Of a stretch of 61,924 nucleotides of DNA, positions 47,019-61,924 are shown piece by piece (the stretch's first letter is position 1; every line of letters begins with the position of its first letter). Under the pieces are notes generated by a model. It had not been told where the DNA came from. It saw nothing but the letters and a program-made list of their open reading frames with translations, and did not search any database. Source of the stretch: Eledone cirrhosa (taxonomy: Eukaryota). The stretch covers positions 1 through 61,924 of the forward strand of contig CAXHJY010001724.1 of NCBI GenBank assembly GCA_964016885.1, given 5' to 3'. The position numbers and the translations under genes are program-made.

Positions 47019-47420
47019 GGTGGCTGCCAACGCGTTTGAGTATGGCCACTACTTTATATCCATGTAGGAAAACCCCTACCGACGAGCGCTGAACGAGTGT
47101 GAATTTTAGTCCAGCCAGCGACTTGAAAACTCTGGTACAAACACTACACTTGTTACAATTATTGACACATATTTCTGGGCCCATGGTACCATGTGACGAC
47201 AAGTGCAGAGAGATCTCCAGATATAAAGCAATGCCTGTGCCGTGAAGCTTTTATAGTGAGGCAAAGGCACTGCACAAAGCCAGTCCCACTTTCTTAACCA
47301 AGATGATATTTACCAAAAAGAAGAACAAGTCAACATCATTGGATACCATCAGGGTTGCAGGTGTTATATCAGAGTTTTCCTTCTCCTAGAATTCTGCCTT
47401 GACAAAGGCTAAGGGGTCAT
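47017..47420 (-). mobile_element. Probable LINE (RTE-like) 3' fragment
   Basis: Minus-strand CSVCTRVFKSLAGLK, a C2H2-like motif typical of RTE C-termini; flanked by (TA)n. Confidence 0.5.
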
Positions 47421-47438
47421 CTATATATATATATATAC

Positions 47439-47519
<81 letters not shown>

Positions 47520-47540
47520 CATATATATATATATACACAC

Positions 47541-47571
<31 letters not shown>

Positions 47572-47680
47572 CATATACATATATATATACATACAGATAT
47601 ATATATATACATATATATATATATACATACATATACATATATATATATACATACAGATAGATATATATACATATATATAT

Positions 47681-47726
<46 letters not shown>

Positions 47727-47786
47727 TTATATATATATACATATATATATATACATATATATATATATACATATATATATATACAA

Positions 47787-47833
<47 letters not shown>

Positions 47834-47854
47834 CATATACTTATATAGATATAC

Positions 47855-47953
<99 letters not shown>

Positions 47954-47986
47954 CATATATATACATACATATATATATATCCATAC

Positions 47987-48035
<49 letters not shown>

Positions 48036-48462
48036 ACATATATATATATATACATAAACATATATATATATATATACATAAACATATATATATATATACA
48101 TAAACATATATATATACATAAACACATATATATATATATATACATACACATATATATATATATACATACACACATATATATATATACATAAACATATATA
48201 TATATATATACAAATATATATACATATATATATACATATATATATACATATATATATATATATACATATATATACACATATATATATATATATATACATA
48301 CATATATATATATACATAAATATACATATATTTATATACATATATATATATACATATATATACATATATTTATATACATGTTTATAAATATATATATACA
48401 TATGTATATATGTACATATGTATATATATATGTATATATATATATATATATATTTACATATG

Positions 48463-48494
<32 letters not shown>

Positions 48495-48676
48495 TATACA
48501 TGTTTATACATATATCTATATTCATGTTTATACATATATTTATATACACACGCACACATACACACACACACACATATATGCATAAACGCATACATATATG
48601 CGTCATATATATATATACTTATATAGATGTATATGTATACATATACATACACACACACACAAACACACATACACAC

Positions 48677-48707
<31 letters not shown>

Positions 48708-48824
48708 TAAATATGTATACAGAGTGGAGAAAAAAGGAGAAAGGGTGAGAGCGAAAGACAGAGAGAAAGGGATAGGCAGAGAGAGTGACAAAGTGAAAGA
48801 GAGATGAGAACGTTATATACGCAC

Positions 48825-48857
<33 letters not shown>

Positions 48858-48997
48858 GATATATATATATACTATATAGCCTGGCACTTAACGGACATAG
48901 ATAATTTCAAAATGTCCGTGCATTACAGTAAAATATCTGACACAACCTATAATTTGTTATAACATAAAACAAGAAATATTAGAGAAACTCTTCGTCT

Positions 48998-49978
48998 AAG
49001 TCTTGCAGAAGATTCTAGTTATTCGGTTTTAATGTAAAATATATCGTGTGTTGTATTGTTGAATGTCAGTGAAAATAGTTGTAAGAGACTTGGAGATTCT
49101 AGTGAATAATATGTTTTATTTTTTTACAATTGTCTACGAATATGTTGCTAGCCTTTACCGTCAACTGTTTAAAACTGCCGCCATTTTAACAGATTGTGAA
49201 AGATCTAGCAGAAAATCGTTGGAGCGTCGGACGAAATATTTTGTCTACATATGGTTATGCTGAATGTAATGTAAATAGATTTAAAAGAATCGGCCTCAGT
49301 GTTGCATATTACAAGTGCTTCGATATGGAAGTCTTGCAGAAGAATCTAGTTAGTAGGTTTTAATGTAAAATATATCGTGTGCTCTATTGTTGAATGTCAG
49401 TGAAACAATTGTTGTAAGAGACTTGGGGATTCTACTGAATAATATGTTTTATTTTTTTACAGTTTTAGGGCGGTGGATTGTCAATATCGGTACCAGTACC
49501 AGTCATACACTGGGATAATTGCTGGCCTTGTGCCAAAAGTAGAAACAATTATTTCTGATTAGAGCGTGGGATTGGCAGTATCGGTAGAGCGCCAGACACC
49601 ATGCTTTGCAGCATTGAGTCATAGCCCTTTACGTTCTGAGTTCAAATCCCACCGAGGTTAACTTTGCCTTTCATCCTTACGGGGTCGATAAAATAAGTAC
49701 CAGTCATGCACTGAGATAATTGCTGGCCTAGTGTCAAAAAATAGAACATTTTTTTTTACAATTTTATACGAATATATCGCGAGACTGTACCGTCATCTGT
49801 TTAAAACTGCCGCCCTTTTAACAGATTGCAAAATATCTAGCAGAAAATCGTTGGAGCGTCGGACGAAATACTTTGTGGCATATGATTATGCTGAATGCAA
49901 AGAGATTTATAAGAATCGACGTCAGTGTTGCAGCATATGTACAAACTTTATTTGCATACTACAATTGCTTCGATATCG
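48998..49978. repeat. Tandem duplication of about 330 bp, second unit split by SINE B
   Basis: AAGTCTTGCAGAAGA at 48998 and 49329; the continuation resumes at about 49751. Confidence 0.75.
49467..49748 (+). mobile_element. SINE family B: deleted copy plus full copy in tandem
   Basis: Two heads (49467, 49561); flanked by TTTTTTTACA(G/A)TTTTA, a probable TSD. Confidence 0.75.
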
Positions 49979-50357
49979 ATCAGCTCAAGTTACAATCAAT
50001 TTAGATGTGTCTTTTCTCATATCAGCTCGCGTATCTGACGATGGATGTCACGTACGCTAGAATGGGGTGCGATGTACTGGTCACAGTAAAAGCAGCCTAA
50101 AAACTAAGAATTTTGAGATATATACTTATTCAAAGTATCAAAACATATATAATATGTATGATACAATCTAGCTATCTATCTATCTATCTATGTATATATA
50201 TTATTTTCTATTTTTTTGTACTTCTGAAAAAAGGCGGAAGCCCGACCGAAACTTCGAACGTTCTTTTCCCTTTTTCATATAAAACGTGAAACTTATAAGA
50301 CTTTTTATCTCTGTTATAATGTTTCCTTGTACTACACACACACACACACATACACAT

Positions 50358-50525
50358 ATATTGTTATACATTGGAAGGGTCATGTTGCCAATAAAAACAA
50401 ACGCACCTTTATTATAAATTTCCGCTTGTTTGTGTGTTTTTATTGGCAACATGATTCTCGCAAGTATTTCAATATCTGTTTCAACACACGTTTTCAGATA
50501 AGAAATCTCGGAACACAAATTCAAA
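50358..50525. mobile_element. Small diverged fold-back of the same tail type as 32108-32230
   Basis: CATGTTGCCAATAAAAACA / TGTTTTTATTGGCAACATG arms; extension GTTTCAACACACGTTTTCA resembles the 32k copy. Confidence 0.6.
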
Positions 50526-50654
50526 AACGAATTACATATATATATATATACAGTCTCCCATTGACTCCCCTAAGTATTATGTAAATGTGAGTAGGCAGCG
50601 TCTAAGTATTGTTTAATCAGTTATAATATATCAGAAAATACGATGAGATGAGCT

Positions 50655-50731
50655 TGCATCCTTACGGGGTCGATAAATAAAGTGCCAGTAATTTACTGGG
50701 TAATTGCTGGCCTTGTGCCAAAAGTAGAAAC
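50655..50731 (+). mobile_element. SINE family B 3' fragment
   Basis: CATCCTTACGGGGTCGATAAA...GGCCTTGTGCCAAAAGTAGAAAC. Confidence 0.7.
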
Positions 50732-51506
50732 TATTTTCAAGGTGCTAAGGGACCCATATATATTCTAACTATGAATCTGGATATGTATTATGTCACGGAA
50801 AGATGAAGTACTCAGCCATTGAAAATATAGTGTAATATGAAATTAAACCAGAAGTTCAAGTAGTTGGAGAGATGTAGACGGGAGTAGCTTTGTCTTACAA
50901 GTGTTTGAGTAATAATAAAGCCATTTAAATATAAGGAGGTGGAAGTGTTATTGAGCGCAGTTTCCATTAAAATTATGGCGTCTGACAAATTCATTAATCT
51001 TAGGAATATCAATACATTATGAGCGTATATATATATATATATATATGTACGACATCTCGTTTTATTTTCATTTAAATAAACCCCTCATTTTCTTATATAT
51101 AAGAAAATGAGGGTTTTTTTAAATGAAAAAAAAAACAAGAGGTCCTACAAGAGTGAAAGTATGAGGAGAAAAGATGATATCAAAGCTTGCTCTGATGAAT
51201 TAACTGGTTATAAACAAAGTATTGGAGTTCGATTGACGCAACATCTAACGATTAGCGAACTCTACACCTACCAGATCACAGAAAAAATTGTCAGCCCTTA
51301 TTGTACATACAACCATGTTACTCTTATCTCTCGAATTATTATTACTCCAAGTATAACCTACATAGAAATCACCGTGAACTCGCTGCATCACTATGGAAGC
51401 GTCTTGTTGAGTCAAACTAAGCCATACGTTAATACCACCCACAACACGGAGTACTCTAACTGGATTACCTCTAAGTGGATTGCCTACAACGATAACTTGT
51501 TATCGC

Positions 51507-51553
<47 letters not shown>

Positions 51554-51563
51554 AAGTTTGTTT

Positions 51564-51631
<68 letters not shown>

Positions 51632-51638
51632 CAAAGTT

Positions 51639-51713
<75 letters not shown>

Positions 51714-51720
51714 CAAAGTT

Positions 51721-51759
<39 letters not shown>

Positions 51760-51764
51760 AAGGT

Positions 51765-51805
<41 letters not shown>

Positions 51806-51837
51806 TTGTTATATATATATATATATATATATACATG

Positions 51838-52258
51838 TAAAGTTATATTTAAAATTGTTGGGTTACAACTAGTAAATATTTATAACTGATATAAAAGCAC
51901 TCGACAAATACTTGGAGTATATTTACAATATTAAATAAATGGAAAACTATATTTATAAAACCATATTTATTTCATTATATATATTTCGGGGATATCATAT
52001 TAACAATATGCTATGCCTTCATCAGACAAAATACAATATAAACAGTATAATAATATATTTTTTTCACTGCTAGAGTGAACCTCTTCAAATGAAGTTGATG
52101 TTTATTACGGTATGTCGAATATATTTATCTATAAAACTGTTTATATTGTATTTTGTCTGATGAAGGCATAGCATATTGTTAATATGATATCCCCGAAATA
52201 TATATAATGAAATAAATATGGTTTTATAAATATAGTTTTCCATTTATTTAATATTGTA
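51838..52258. mobile_element. Fold-back element, second copy of the 5390 family, CTGATGA hammerhead in both arms
   Basis: Near-identical to 5390-5850; cores at 52019-52025 (-) and 52157-52163 (+); arms separated by an about 90 bp spacer. Confidence 0.82.
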
Positions 52259-52292
52259 TATATATATATATATATATATAAAACAAACTGTG

Positions 52293-52397
<105 letters not shown>

Positions 52398-52585
52398 ATA
52401 TATATTAAAATAACAGATTAAAGTTTAAGCAAAGAATCGGTGCTTTCACCCTTAACGGGATCTTCTGAAACTAACAAAGTCAATATTTGCTCTAGGGTTC
52501 TTATATATTTGATATATATTTATCCTTATCGAGCCCTATTTGGATTTTAGTCTTCAAATTTATTATTATTACTATATATATATAT

Positions 52586-52738
52586 AACGAAGGAAATGTG
52601 GTAAGGAACCAGGTGGACCATAACGCACCAAAGTACTCAATACTTAGGTTAGTAGAGTGGGTAATAGGAACGAGTAGGACCCCGACGGCTGAGCTAAAGC
52701 CGTTTCGACGGCTAATTCTGGTCGGAGTCCTACTCGTT

Positions 52739-52743
<5 letters not shown>
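52586..52743. mobile_element. Small fold-back element with the 3' half of a hammerhead
   Basis: ATAGGAACGAGTAGGACCCCGAC / GTCGGAGTCCTACTCGTTCCTAT arms; near-identical extension at 60581-60660. Confidence 0.75.
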
Positions 52744-52776
<33 letters not shown>

Positions 52777-53269
52777 TTGTTTTATATATATATATAAAGT
52801 TTGTTTTATATATATATATATATGAAGTTTGTTTTATATATATATATATACATATATATAATTGAACTGTTACATATATGTATGTATACATTTATAAACC
52901 TACATTATGTAACATAGTGCAAAATATACGTATATACTGATTATAACTACAGGAAAATACGAAGAATATATATGAAAATGTATATATGATGATATATATA
53001 TATGTACATATATATATATATGATTATATATATATATTATATACACACATATATATATGTATATATATATGTGTGTGTGTGTGTGCGTGTGTGATTGAAA
53101 ATCTATAAAAATACAAATGCTGTCGTAGTTTCATGATAACCGTAGCAAATCTATAAAATCTTTGGAACTCCATTAAAGTAATTGCTTCCACTTCTTTGCC
53201 TCATATGTTAGAAAATTTACTGGAATGGGGCGGTGATAGGCTATATATATAGAGAGAGATATATACATA

Positions 53270-53337
<68 letters not shown>

Positions 53338-53605
53338 CCTATATATATACATATCTATATATATATATATACATACACATACCTATATATATATATATAC
53401 ATACATACCTATATATACATACCTATATATATATATACATATACATACCTATATATATATATATACATACCTATATATATATATATATATACATACCTAT
53501 ATATATATATATACATACCTTTATATATATATATATATATATATACATACCTTTATATATATACATATATATATATACATACCTTTATATATATATATAC
53601 CTTTA

Positions 53606-53639
<34 letters not shown>

Positions 53640-53762
53640 CCTTTATATATATATATATATATATATACATGCCTTTATATATATATATATACATACCTAT
53701 ATATATATATACATACCTATATATATATATATATACATACCTATATATATATATATACATAC

Positions 53763-53827
<65 letters not shown>

Positions 53828-54071
53828 ATATACACATATATATGTAACGTATATAGGGAGACTCTGATAGAACGCTTTCATATATATACTGTATATATAT
53901 ACATTTAGAAAATTACACTATCAAAGCGTTAGACAGACTTGCAATTACCCTCGGTTTTGTAAGCTACTATTAATAGCAACAGAATGATATGTCAGACATT
54001 TTCATCATTTGGGATATCTACATTTTCTTAGAACATACACACACACACACACACGCACACACAAACACACA

Positions 54072-54238
<167 letters not shown>

Positions 54239-54309
54239 ATCTATATATGCATACGCACACAACACATATATTTAGATATATGTATATATACATATATATA
54301 CACACACAC

Positions 54310-54405
<96 letters not shown>

Positions 54406-54507
54406 AAAATTCTACATATATATATTTTCATATATACAGACATATATACATATATTTATGTATATATATACATATTTCTACGTACATATACATACCTATA
54501 CGTACAT

Positions 54508-54543
<36 letters not shown>

Positions 54544-54556
54544 ACATACGTACACA

Positions 54557-54588
<32 letters not shown>

Positions 54589-54697
54589 CTTATATCTATA
54601 TATACATATATCTATTTGTATGTATGTATAATTGTGTGTGGGAGTACGCGTGTGTATTTGGTTCTATATATATTTATATATGTGAATGTATGCGGTG

Positions 54698-54783
<86 letters not shown>

Positions 54784-54847
54784 ATGTCTGTGTGTGTGTG
54801 TGAGAGAGAGAGAGAAAAACCGTAATATAAATCATTTCTAACCTTAC

Positions 54848-54887
54848 CATCTCTATCAATGGTACCAACTTTTACATAAAAATGTGA
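54848..54887 (-). CDS. Candidate 40-nt exon
   Basis: cctttgcag| and |gtaagg; only one open frame, SHFYVKVGTIDRD. Confidence 0.25.
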
Positions 54888-55083
54888 CTGCAAAGGTATT
54901 AATTATTTAAATGCAAAGAACTAAATTATCCGTTTATATTTTTTGAATATTGAGATATCGATTTTATATTTCATGATTTTGATAATTTTCTTCCTGTTTT
55001 ACTTTGAATTTCTCATTTATTTCAATTCTAAGATATATTTTTTTGTTTTTGCATCAATGATATATGCATACACATACGCACGC

Positions 55084-55201
<118 letters not shown>

Positions 55202-55382
55202 ATATATATATACATACACACAAACACGATACAGAATCATCCACACACACATACATATAGACATAATCACAATATAGAACCATATAGACCCACATGTCTC
55301 TCTCTCTCTCTATTTACATGTGTATATAAATATATATACATATATATATTTACATGTGTATCTACATATATATAGAGATATT

Positions 55383-55422
<40 letters not shown>

Positions 55423-56309
55423 CATGTGTATATACATATATATATATATATATATTTACATGTGTATATATATATTTACACATATATATATATATATTTA
55501 CATATATATATATATATTTACATATATATATATATATTTACACATATATATATATTTACACATATATATATTTACATGTGTATATAGATATATTTACATG
55601 TATATATATATATATATATACCTATATATATATATATTTACATCTGTATACATATATATACCTATATATATATATATACATTTACATCTGCATATACATA
55701 TATATACCTATATATATATATATATTTACATCTGTATATACATATATATACCTATATATATATATTTACATATGTATATACATATATATACATATATATA
55801 CATATACATATTTACATATACATTTACACACATATATATATTTACATATATCTATACATATATACACATATGTAGATATATACATATATATACTTACATA
55901 CATTATATATATATTATTACATATATTATATATATATATACACACATATATATATATATATACACATACAGAGATCATGTTTGCTCGTCAGTTACCATTC
56001 ATTGGCTGTGTTAGTAGTTAGAGTGATAATATATACTAATAACAGATGAAACAGGAAATACTATTTATTGGAGTAATAAATTCAATTTTTACTATTTTGG
56101 CGTTAATTTTACTTATATCAGTAAAACATTTATATCATTTTATTATCGTCGTTCAGACATATTTTTATCGACTTTTATTAGATTTTATGATACCTATTTT
56201 TAAATCTTCATTACGGTTTTGTTGTTGTTGATGATGTTGATTGTTATTTTATACCCAGCTGTGTATTTTTTTTTGTTTCTTCTTTACTGTTGTTTTTGTA
56301 GTTCAATTC

Positions 56310-56356
<47 letters not shown>

Positions 56357-56442
56357 GCACATATATATACATAATCTATATAAATAATATATTTATATAT
56401 AATTTATATATACATAATCTATATATAATATAATTGAAATTA

Positions 56443-56570
<128 letters not shown>

Positions 56571-56723
56571 CATATAATTTTAAATATATTATATATAGAT
56601 TATGTATATATAAATTATATATATATTAATATAAATAATATTTATATATATATATATCGTTATAAACATATATATTTGTGTGTGCGTATATATATATATA
56701 TTATATATATGTATATATATATA

Positions 56724-56789
<66 letters not shown>

Positions 56790-56822
56790 TATATACATAT
56801 ATATATATTATATACATACATA

Positions 56823-56907
<85 letters not shown>

Positions 56908-56940
56908 TATATACATATATATAATATATATACATACATA

Positions 56941-56992
<52 letters not shown>

Positions 56993-57472
56993 GTTGTTGG
57001 CCTTTAGGCATACGGGAAACAAATATCCAGTAAATACATTTCTATCTTGTATTCAATAACGATATTTTATTTGCTCTGATTACCTCCCTTTTCTCATACT
57101 ATCCCCCTATTTCTTTTTATCATGACGTTTTATACTATAAAATCACACACACATCTTGTATACATAGATCCATATATATATATATATAATATACATATAT
57201 AATTATATATAATATATATATATATTATATATATATATTATATATTATATATATATATATTTCTACACACAAACATATATAGAATTTACCTCAACACTTA
57301 ATTTTAAATCCTTAAATTTTAGTTTTTAATACTTATTAATTTCTTTTGAATTGTAATACACATTTGATGATATGAATTTTACTAATACATTGAATTAGTT
57401 ATATTTTATATAATTTATATTCATTATAAAACTCCTTTTTAAAATAATTGTCACTCTCATTTTTTCAATAAT

Positions 57473-57655
57473 TGTTTCTACATTTGGCACAAGGCCAGCA
57501 ATTACCCAGTGCATTACTGGTACTTTATTTTATCGACCCCGTAAGGATGAAAGGCAAAGTTAACCTCGGCGAGATTTGAACTCAGATCATAAAGGGACGT
57601 AACTCTATGCTTCAAAGCATGGTGTCCGACTCTCTACCGATAATGCCAATCCACC
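57473..57655 (-). mobile_element. SINE family B
   Basis: Reverse complement of the 36321 and 49561 copies. Confidence 0.82.
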
Positions 57656-57750
57656 ATTTTTTCAATAATGCCACTTTGACGACTCAAGGAAAGTGAAAAA
57701 AAGAAAAACAGACCCTTAAAAATATTTTCAGTGCTATTTCCAATTTGACA

Positions 57751-57838
<88 letters not shown>

Positions 57839-57869
57839 GTATATATATATGTATATATATATATATATA

Positions 57870-58230
57870 TATTAATAAAAGGAATTCCAACTTTGTATGA
57901 TTTACTCCGTTTTATTTACAATCTTTTAAAATTTATAATGGTATTAGATTGAAATAGTATGGTAGAATATTAAATGTTAAGTGTTAATTAAACAAGTACT
58001 TTCATGTTGAAAAATTGCAAACTTGACTGTCACCACACAATATGAACCTGAAGATTGCGAAAGCATGAAAGTACTTTGTTCAATTAACACTTAACATTTA
58101 ATATTCTACCAGACTATTTCATTCTATTACCATTATAAATTTTAAAGGATTGTAAATCAAACGAGCACATTAGACAAAGTTGGATTTCCTTATATTAATA
58201 TAATCTTCTATACACAATCATACACACCCG
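57870..58230. mobile_element. Older fold-back palindrome with a hammerhead at 58044-58081
   Basis: Diverged arms about 57870-58006 / 58064-58200; gaac CTGAAGA t tgc-gaaa-gca t GAAA gtac TT t gttc. Confidence 0.72.
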
Positions 58231-58232
58231 TG

Positions 58233-58302
<70 letters not shown>

Positions 58303-58369
58303 TCTCTCACTCTCTCTCTATCTCTCTCTCGTCTCTCTCTCTCTCTCTCTCTATCTATATATATTTATA

Positions 58370-58409
<40 letters not shown>

Positions 58410-58446
58410 ATACATACATAAACGCAATGTGTACACACAGATATGT

Positions 58447-58665
58447 ATTTGCTAGAGATGTCAACATGAATGGACCTGTTATTTTTTATCTAAAGACATC
58501 CCCCCCCACACTGTCACTTCATTCTATCTTATTTCTCATTCTTTTTTTCTGATGAAGGACTATCGTCCGAAACGTTAAGACACTCTTTCTGCTATATCAA
58601 GCGTTAACCTAAAATATCCCTTCCATATACTGTACCGATTGTGTTATTATTTCTGTTTATCTTTT
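58447..58665 (+). mobile_element. Short hammerhead-bearing repeat
   Basis: CTGATGA 58549-58555, ggac-tatc-gtcc, GAAAC 58569-58573. Confidence 0.75.
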
Positions 58666-59188
58666 CCATACATATATATATATATATACTCGGAATATAT
58701 GTAAAAAGTCGTATAATATCCCCCAGAAGTTTACCACAGAATAGTATTTTAAATCCGGCATTGCTGTGTTTACGACCATTCCAACGATATTTTAAGTTCA
58801 CTCTAAGGTTTGACTATGATACAATACTATTGTTGTCATATATTCTATTACATTTTCTAAAACGGCAATATGCTCGTATATATGGATATAGGTACACTAT
58901 GTGGAATATCTATATATATAAGATTCATACCTGAACAGTCGTGATTATATATATATATACACATGGAGTGTGTGGATGCATATAATATATTTTTTTTTCT
59001 AGTTTCAGAAGACCCCGTTAATGGTGAAAAGCAACGATTCTTTGCTTAAACTTTAATCTGTTAATTTTATAAATATATATATATATATATGAATATTTAT
59101 ATAAGTATAATCTATGTACATATATAAGCATATATTTCTCTCTTGTTCTATATATATATACATATATATATATTTTATACCTATTTAC

Positions 59189-59236
<48 letters not shown>

Positions 59237-59384
59237 TTCTCTCTCTCTATCACTCATTTCTGCTCCTCTCTCATCCTCTCTCATCCTTCTTTCTTATACT
59301 CCTCCCCCGTCATCCTTTATTTTCTTCTTCCTCTTCCTTACCTTTTTTTCCCCAATCTCATATATCCATCTTAGTTTATTTTTC

Positions 59385-59553
59385 ATATGTTGATTTAACA
59401 CTTCACTGCTCGCAAGTGTTTTTTAATCTTCATATCATGTCTCCCTATTTTATCTGATGAGAACGCAAATATCATACCATGATGATACATTTTTTTTGAA
59501 ATGCGCATAATAAAATACTTGGAACTCTTTTAACAATCTTTTGACCTTATATT
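59385..59553 (+). mobile_element. Short hammerhead-bearing repeat, copy 3 of 3
   Basis: CTGATGA 59454-59460, GAAA 59498, tgcgcaTA^ataaaa. Confidence 0.72.
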
Positions 59554-59572
59554 ATATATATATATATATATA

Positions 59573-59974
59573 TATAATTGAATAAACAAGAGAGATGAAC
59601 ACTAATATAAACATACATGTGTTCGATTGTAAGGACTAAAATTCGCTAGGGTGAAAAAATACTAACTACAGCAGTATGGTTTGTTATCCTTAACTTGATA
59701 TATTAAATTAAGAAAATTTAATTAGTTACCAGGCATTTTTGCCCAATATAGGTCTGTTATTTTTCTTAATTTAATATTTAAAATTAAGGATAACAAACTA
59801 TATTGCTGTAGTTAGTATTTTTTCACCCTAGCAAATTTTAGTCCTTACAATTCGAATACATGTATGTTTATATTAGTGTTCATCTCTCTTGTTTATTCAA
59901 TTATATTGTACGGCTCGGAAAAACTTTTTTCTTAGAGCTATTTAATTGTAAGAGACTACTCTGAGTTCTTAACT

Positions 59975-59978
<4 letters not shown>
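59573..59978. mobile_element. Fold-back palindrome with a right-side extension, no clear hammerhead
   Basis: Arms about 59573-59717 / 59760-59905, in (TA)n. Confidence 0.7.
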
Positions 59979-60007
<29 letters not shown>

Positions 60008-60013
<6 letters not shown>

Positions 60014-60146
60014 TAAACGGAATAGAAAATGCTGACAAATTGTTCACAGTTGAAAAATGGTTTAATTAGGAATAATTAATTATCCTAATTAAACCATTTT
60101 TCAACTGTGGACAATTTGTCAGCATTTCTATTCCGTTTACCAATAT
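60008..60146. repeat. Near-perfect palindrome of about 140 bp
   Basis: TATTGGTAAACGGAATAG...CTATTCCGTTTACCAATA, centre about 60077. Confidence 0.8.
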
Positions 60147-60207
60147 ATAATAACTTGTGTGTTACACCTCTTTTCTTTTACTATATATACAACACACACC
60201 ACACACA

Positions 60208-60282
<75 letters not shown>

Positions 60283-60329
60283 CACAGAGCAAGAGAGATA
60301 TATATGCATATATATGTACATATATATGC

Positions 60330-60360
<31 letters not shown>

Positions 60361-60540
60361 CCCAGGAAGCTCCAACCGTTAAGGTTGTCTTTTTTTTCAG
60401 GGTATGTCAATATTTATTATAAAACAAATATGTATTTTATCTGATGAAAGCGCACCACAATTTGCCTTGGTTGCCCTTGAAATATGTATAATAAAATAAA
60501 TATGGTTTTATAAATATAGTTTCCATTTATTAATATATTG

Positions 60541-60542
<2 letters not shown>
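60361..60542 (+). mobile_element. Single-arm hammerhead repeat related to the 6235 and 5390 families
   Basis: ttttat CTGATGA (60441) ... GAAA (60479) tatgta TA^ataaaa. Confidence 0.7.
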
Positions 60543-60576
<34 letters not shown>

Positions 60577-60580
60577 TATA

Positions 60581-60773
60581 TAACGAAGGAAATGTGGTAA
60601 GGAACCAGGTGGACCATAACGCACCAAAGTACTCAATACTTAGGGTAGTAGAGTGGGTAATAGGAACAAGTAAGAACCCCGACGGCTGAGCTCAAGCCGT
60701 TTAGACGGCTAATTCTGTACTTTATCCGTCGAAACGGCTTGAGCTCAGCCGTCGGGGTCTTACTTGTTCCTAT
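60581..60773. mobile_element. Small fold-back element, same family as 52586-52743
   Basis: Arms about 60660-60709 / 60726-60773; GAAAC ggct-tgagctc-agcc GTC^gggg. Confidence 0.75.
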
Positions 60774-60785
60774 ATATATATATAT

Positions 60786-60823
<38 letters not shown>

Positions 60824-61223
60824 CGGAGAGAGAGAGGGGAGAGGGAGGGAGATAGAGAGAGGGAGAGAGAGGGAGAGAGAGGAAAGCGATGCTCCAAATC
60901 GCCTTAATATTTGAGCTGTTTGCACAGCACGATAATGGTATGAATTATATAAACAGCAGACATTCAGCTTTTAAGGATAATTGTTACCAAAAAAAAATAA
61001 TGACGACAACAATAACAACAACAACAACAATAATAACCATGGTAATGATGACAATAGTAGTATTAATGATAATAATAGTGATATATTAACAATAGTAGTA
61101 ATAGTTTTACTAATGATCAATGATAAGTATAATAGGTGTATTAGTAATAAAAACGGTAGTAGTAGTATGTAGTATTGGTAGTAGTAATATTAATAGTACT
61201 AGTAGTAATAATTAATAATTGTT

Positions 61224-61411
61224 CTTCTACTTTAGGCACAAGGCCAGCAATTACCCAGTACATTACTGGTACTTTATTTTATCGACCCCGTAAGGATGAA
61301 AGGCAAAGTTGACCCTCGGCGGGATTTGAACTCATATCATAAAGGGCCGTAACTCTATGCTGCAAAGCATGGCGTCCGACCCTCAAACCGATACTGCCAA
61401 TCCACCGCCCT
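61224..61411 (-). mobile_element. SINE family B
   Basis: Reverse complement of the 36321 and 49561 copies. Confidence 0.82.
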
Positions 61412-61796
61412 AGTAATAATTAATAATAATAACAATAGTTGTTTGTTATAGTAGTAGTTAGTATTAGCATCAGCAGCAGCATCAGCAGCAGCATCAGCAG
61501 CAGCTAAGCAGCAGCAGGCAGCAGTGATAACAATAGTAATATCAGAATTATAAACAAATGTCTGAATAACTACAACATAGAACATCTCCACCCCCACCCC
61601 CACATAACATAGAATAGAATAGAAAAAAAAAAACTGAAAATAAATCCGCCATTAAAACTAAGGGAGATAATTATATAATATCTTAAGTAAATAGAAAAAT
61701 ATTTAACCTAATGTCTAGTTTGGGCAGACATGTTATATATTGTAGTAACTGGATTACTGTGTTACTACTTCTACTACTACTACTACTACTACTACA

Positions 61797-61839
<43 letters not shown>

Positions 61840-61877
61840 TTGCTACTAACTACTACTACACAACCACCACCACCACC

Positions 61878-61911
<34 letters not shown>

Positions 61912-61924
61912 TTGACCATCTTGA

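Noticed and set aside
50221-50262. CTGAAAA...GAAAC hammerhead-like motif
   Set aside because: C3-A8 mismatch, and helices I and III cannot be paired convincingly
51107-51510. Non-repetitive open frame of about 130 codons
   Set aside because: No recognisable domain; it begins within a repeat tail and ends in (TA)n

Overview
Very AT-rich animal genomic DNA (the repeat landscape looks cephalopod/octopus-like; this is inference). Most of the window is (TA)n, (CA)n, (GA)n and (TATC)n microsatellite, which produces nearly all the Y/I/H/T-rich ORFs; these are not genes. Two retroelement systems stand out. (1) A near-full-length Tx1/L1-type non-LTR retrotransposon (about 17000-22725; CCHC ORF1, APE-RT-ZnF ORF2 with one premature stop) is preceded by three 5'-truncated relatives. 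All four lie in the same orientation and register in one (TATC)n tract, and two have exact 17 and 20 bp target-site duplications, suggesting a GATA-microsatellite-specific LINE. (2) About ten asymmetric fold-back palindromes and related short repeats sit in (TA)n and together carry about 20 intact or degenerate type I hammerhead ribozyme motifs. A decayed GIY-YIG Penelope-like ORF (6533-7149) and a 422-nt ribozyme-to-ribozyme tandem dimer (10569-11388) accompany them. Also present: two tRNA-derived SINE families, RTE-like fragments, mariner-like MITE remnants, several minisatellites and a few low-confidence minus-strand host exons.
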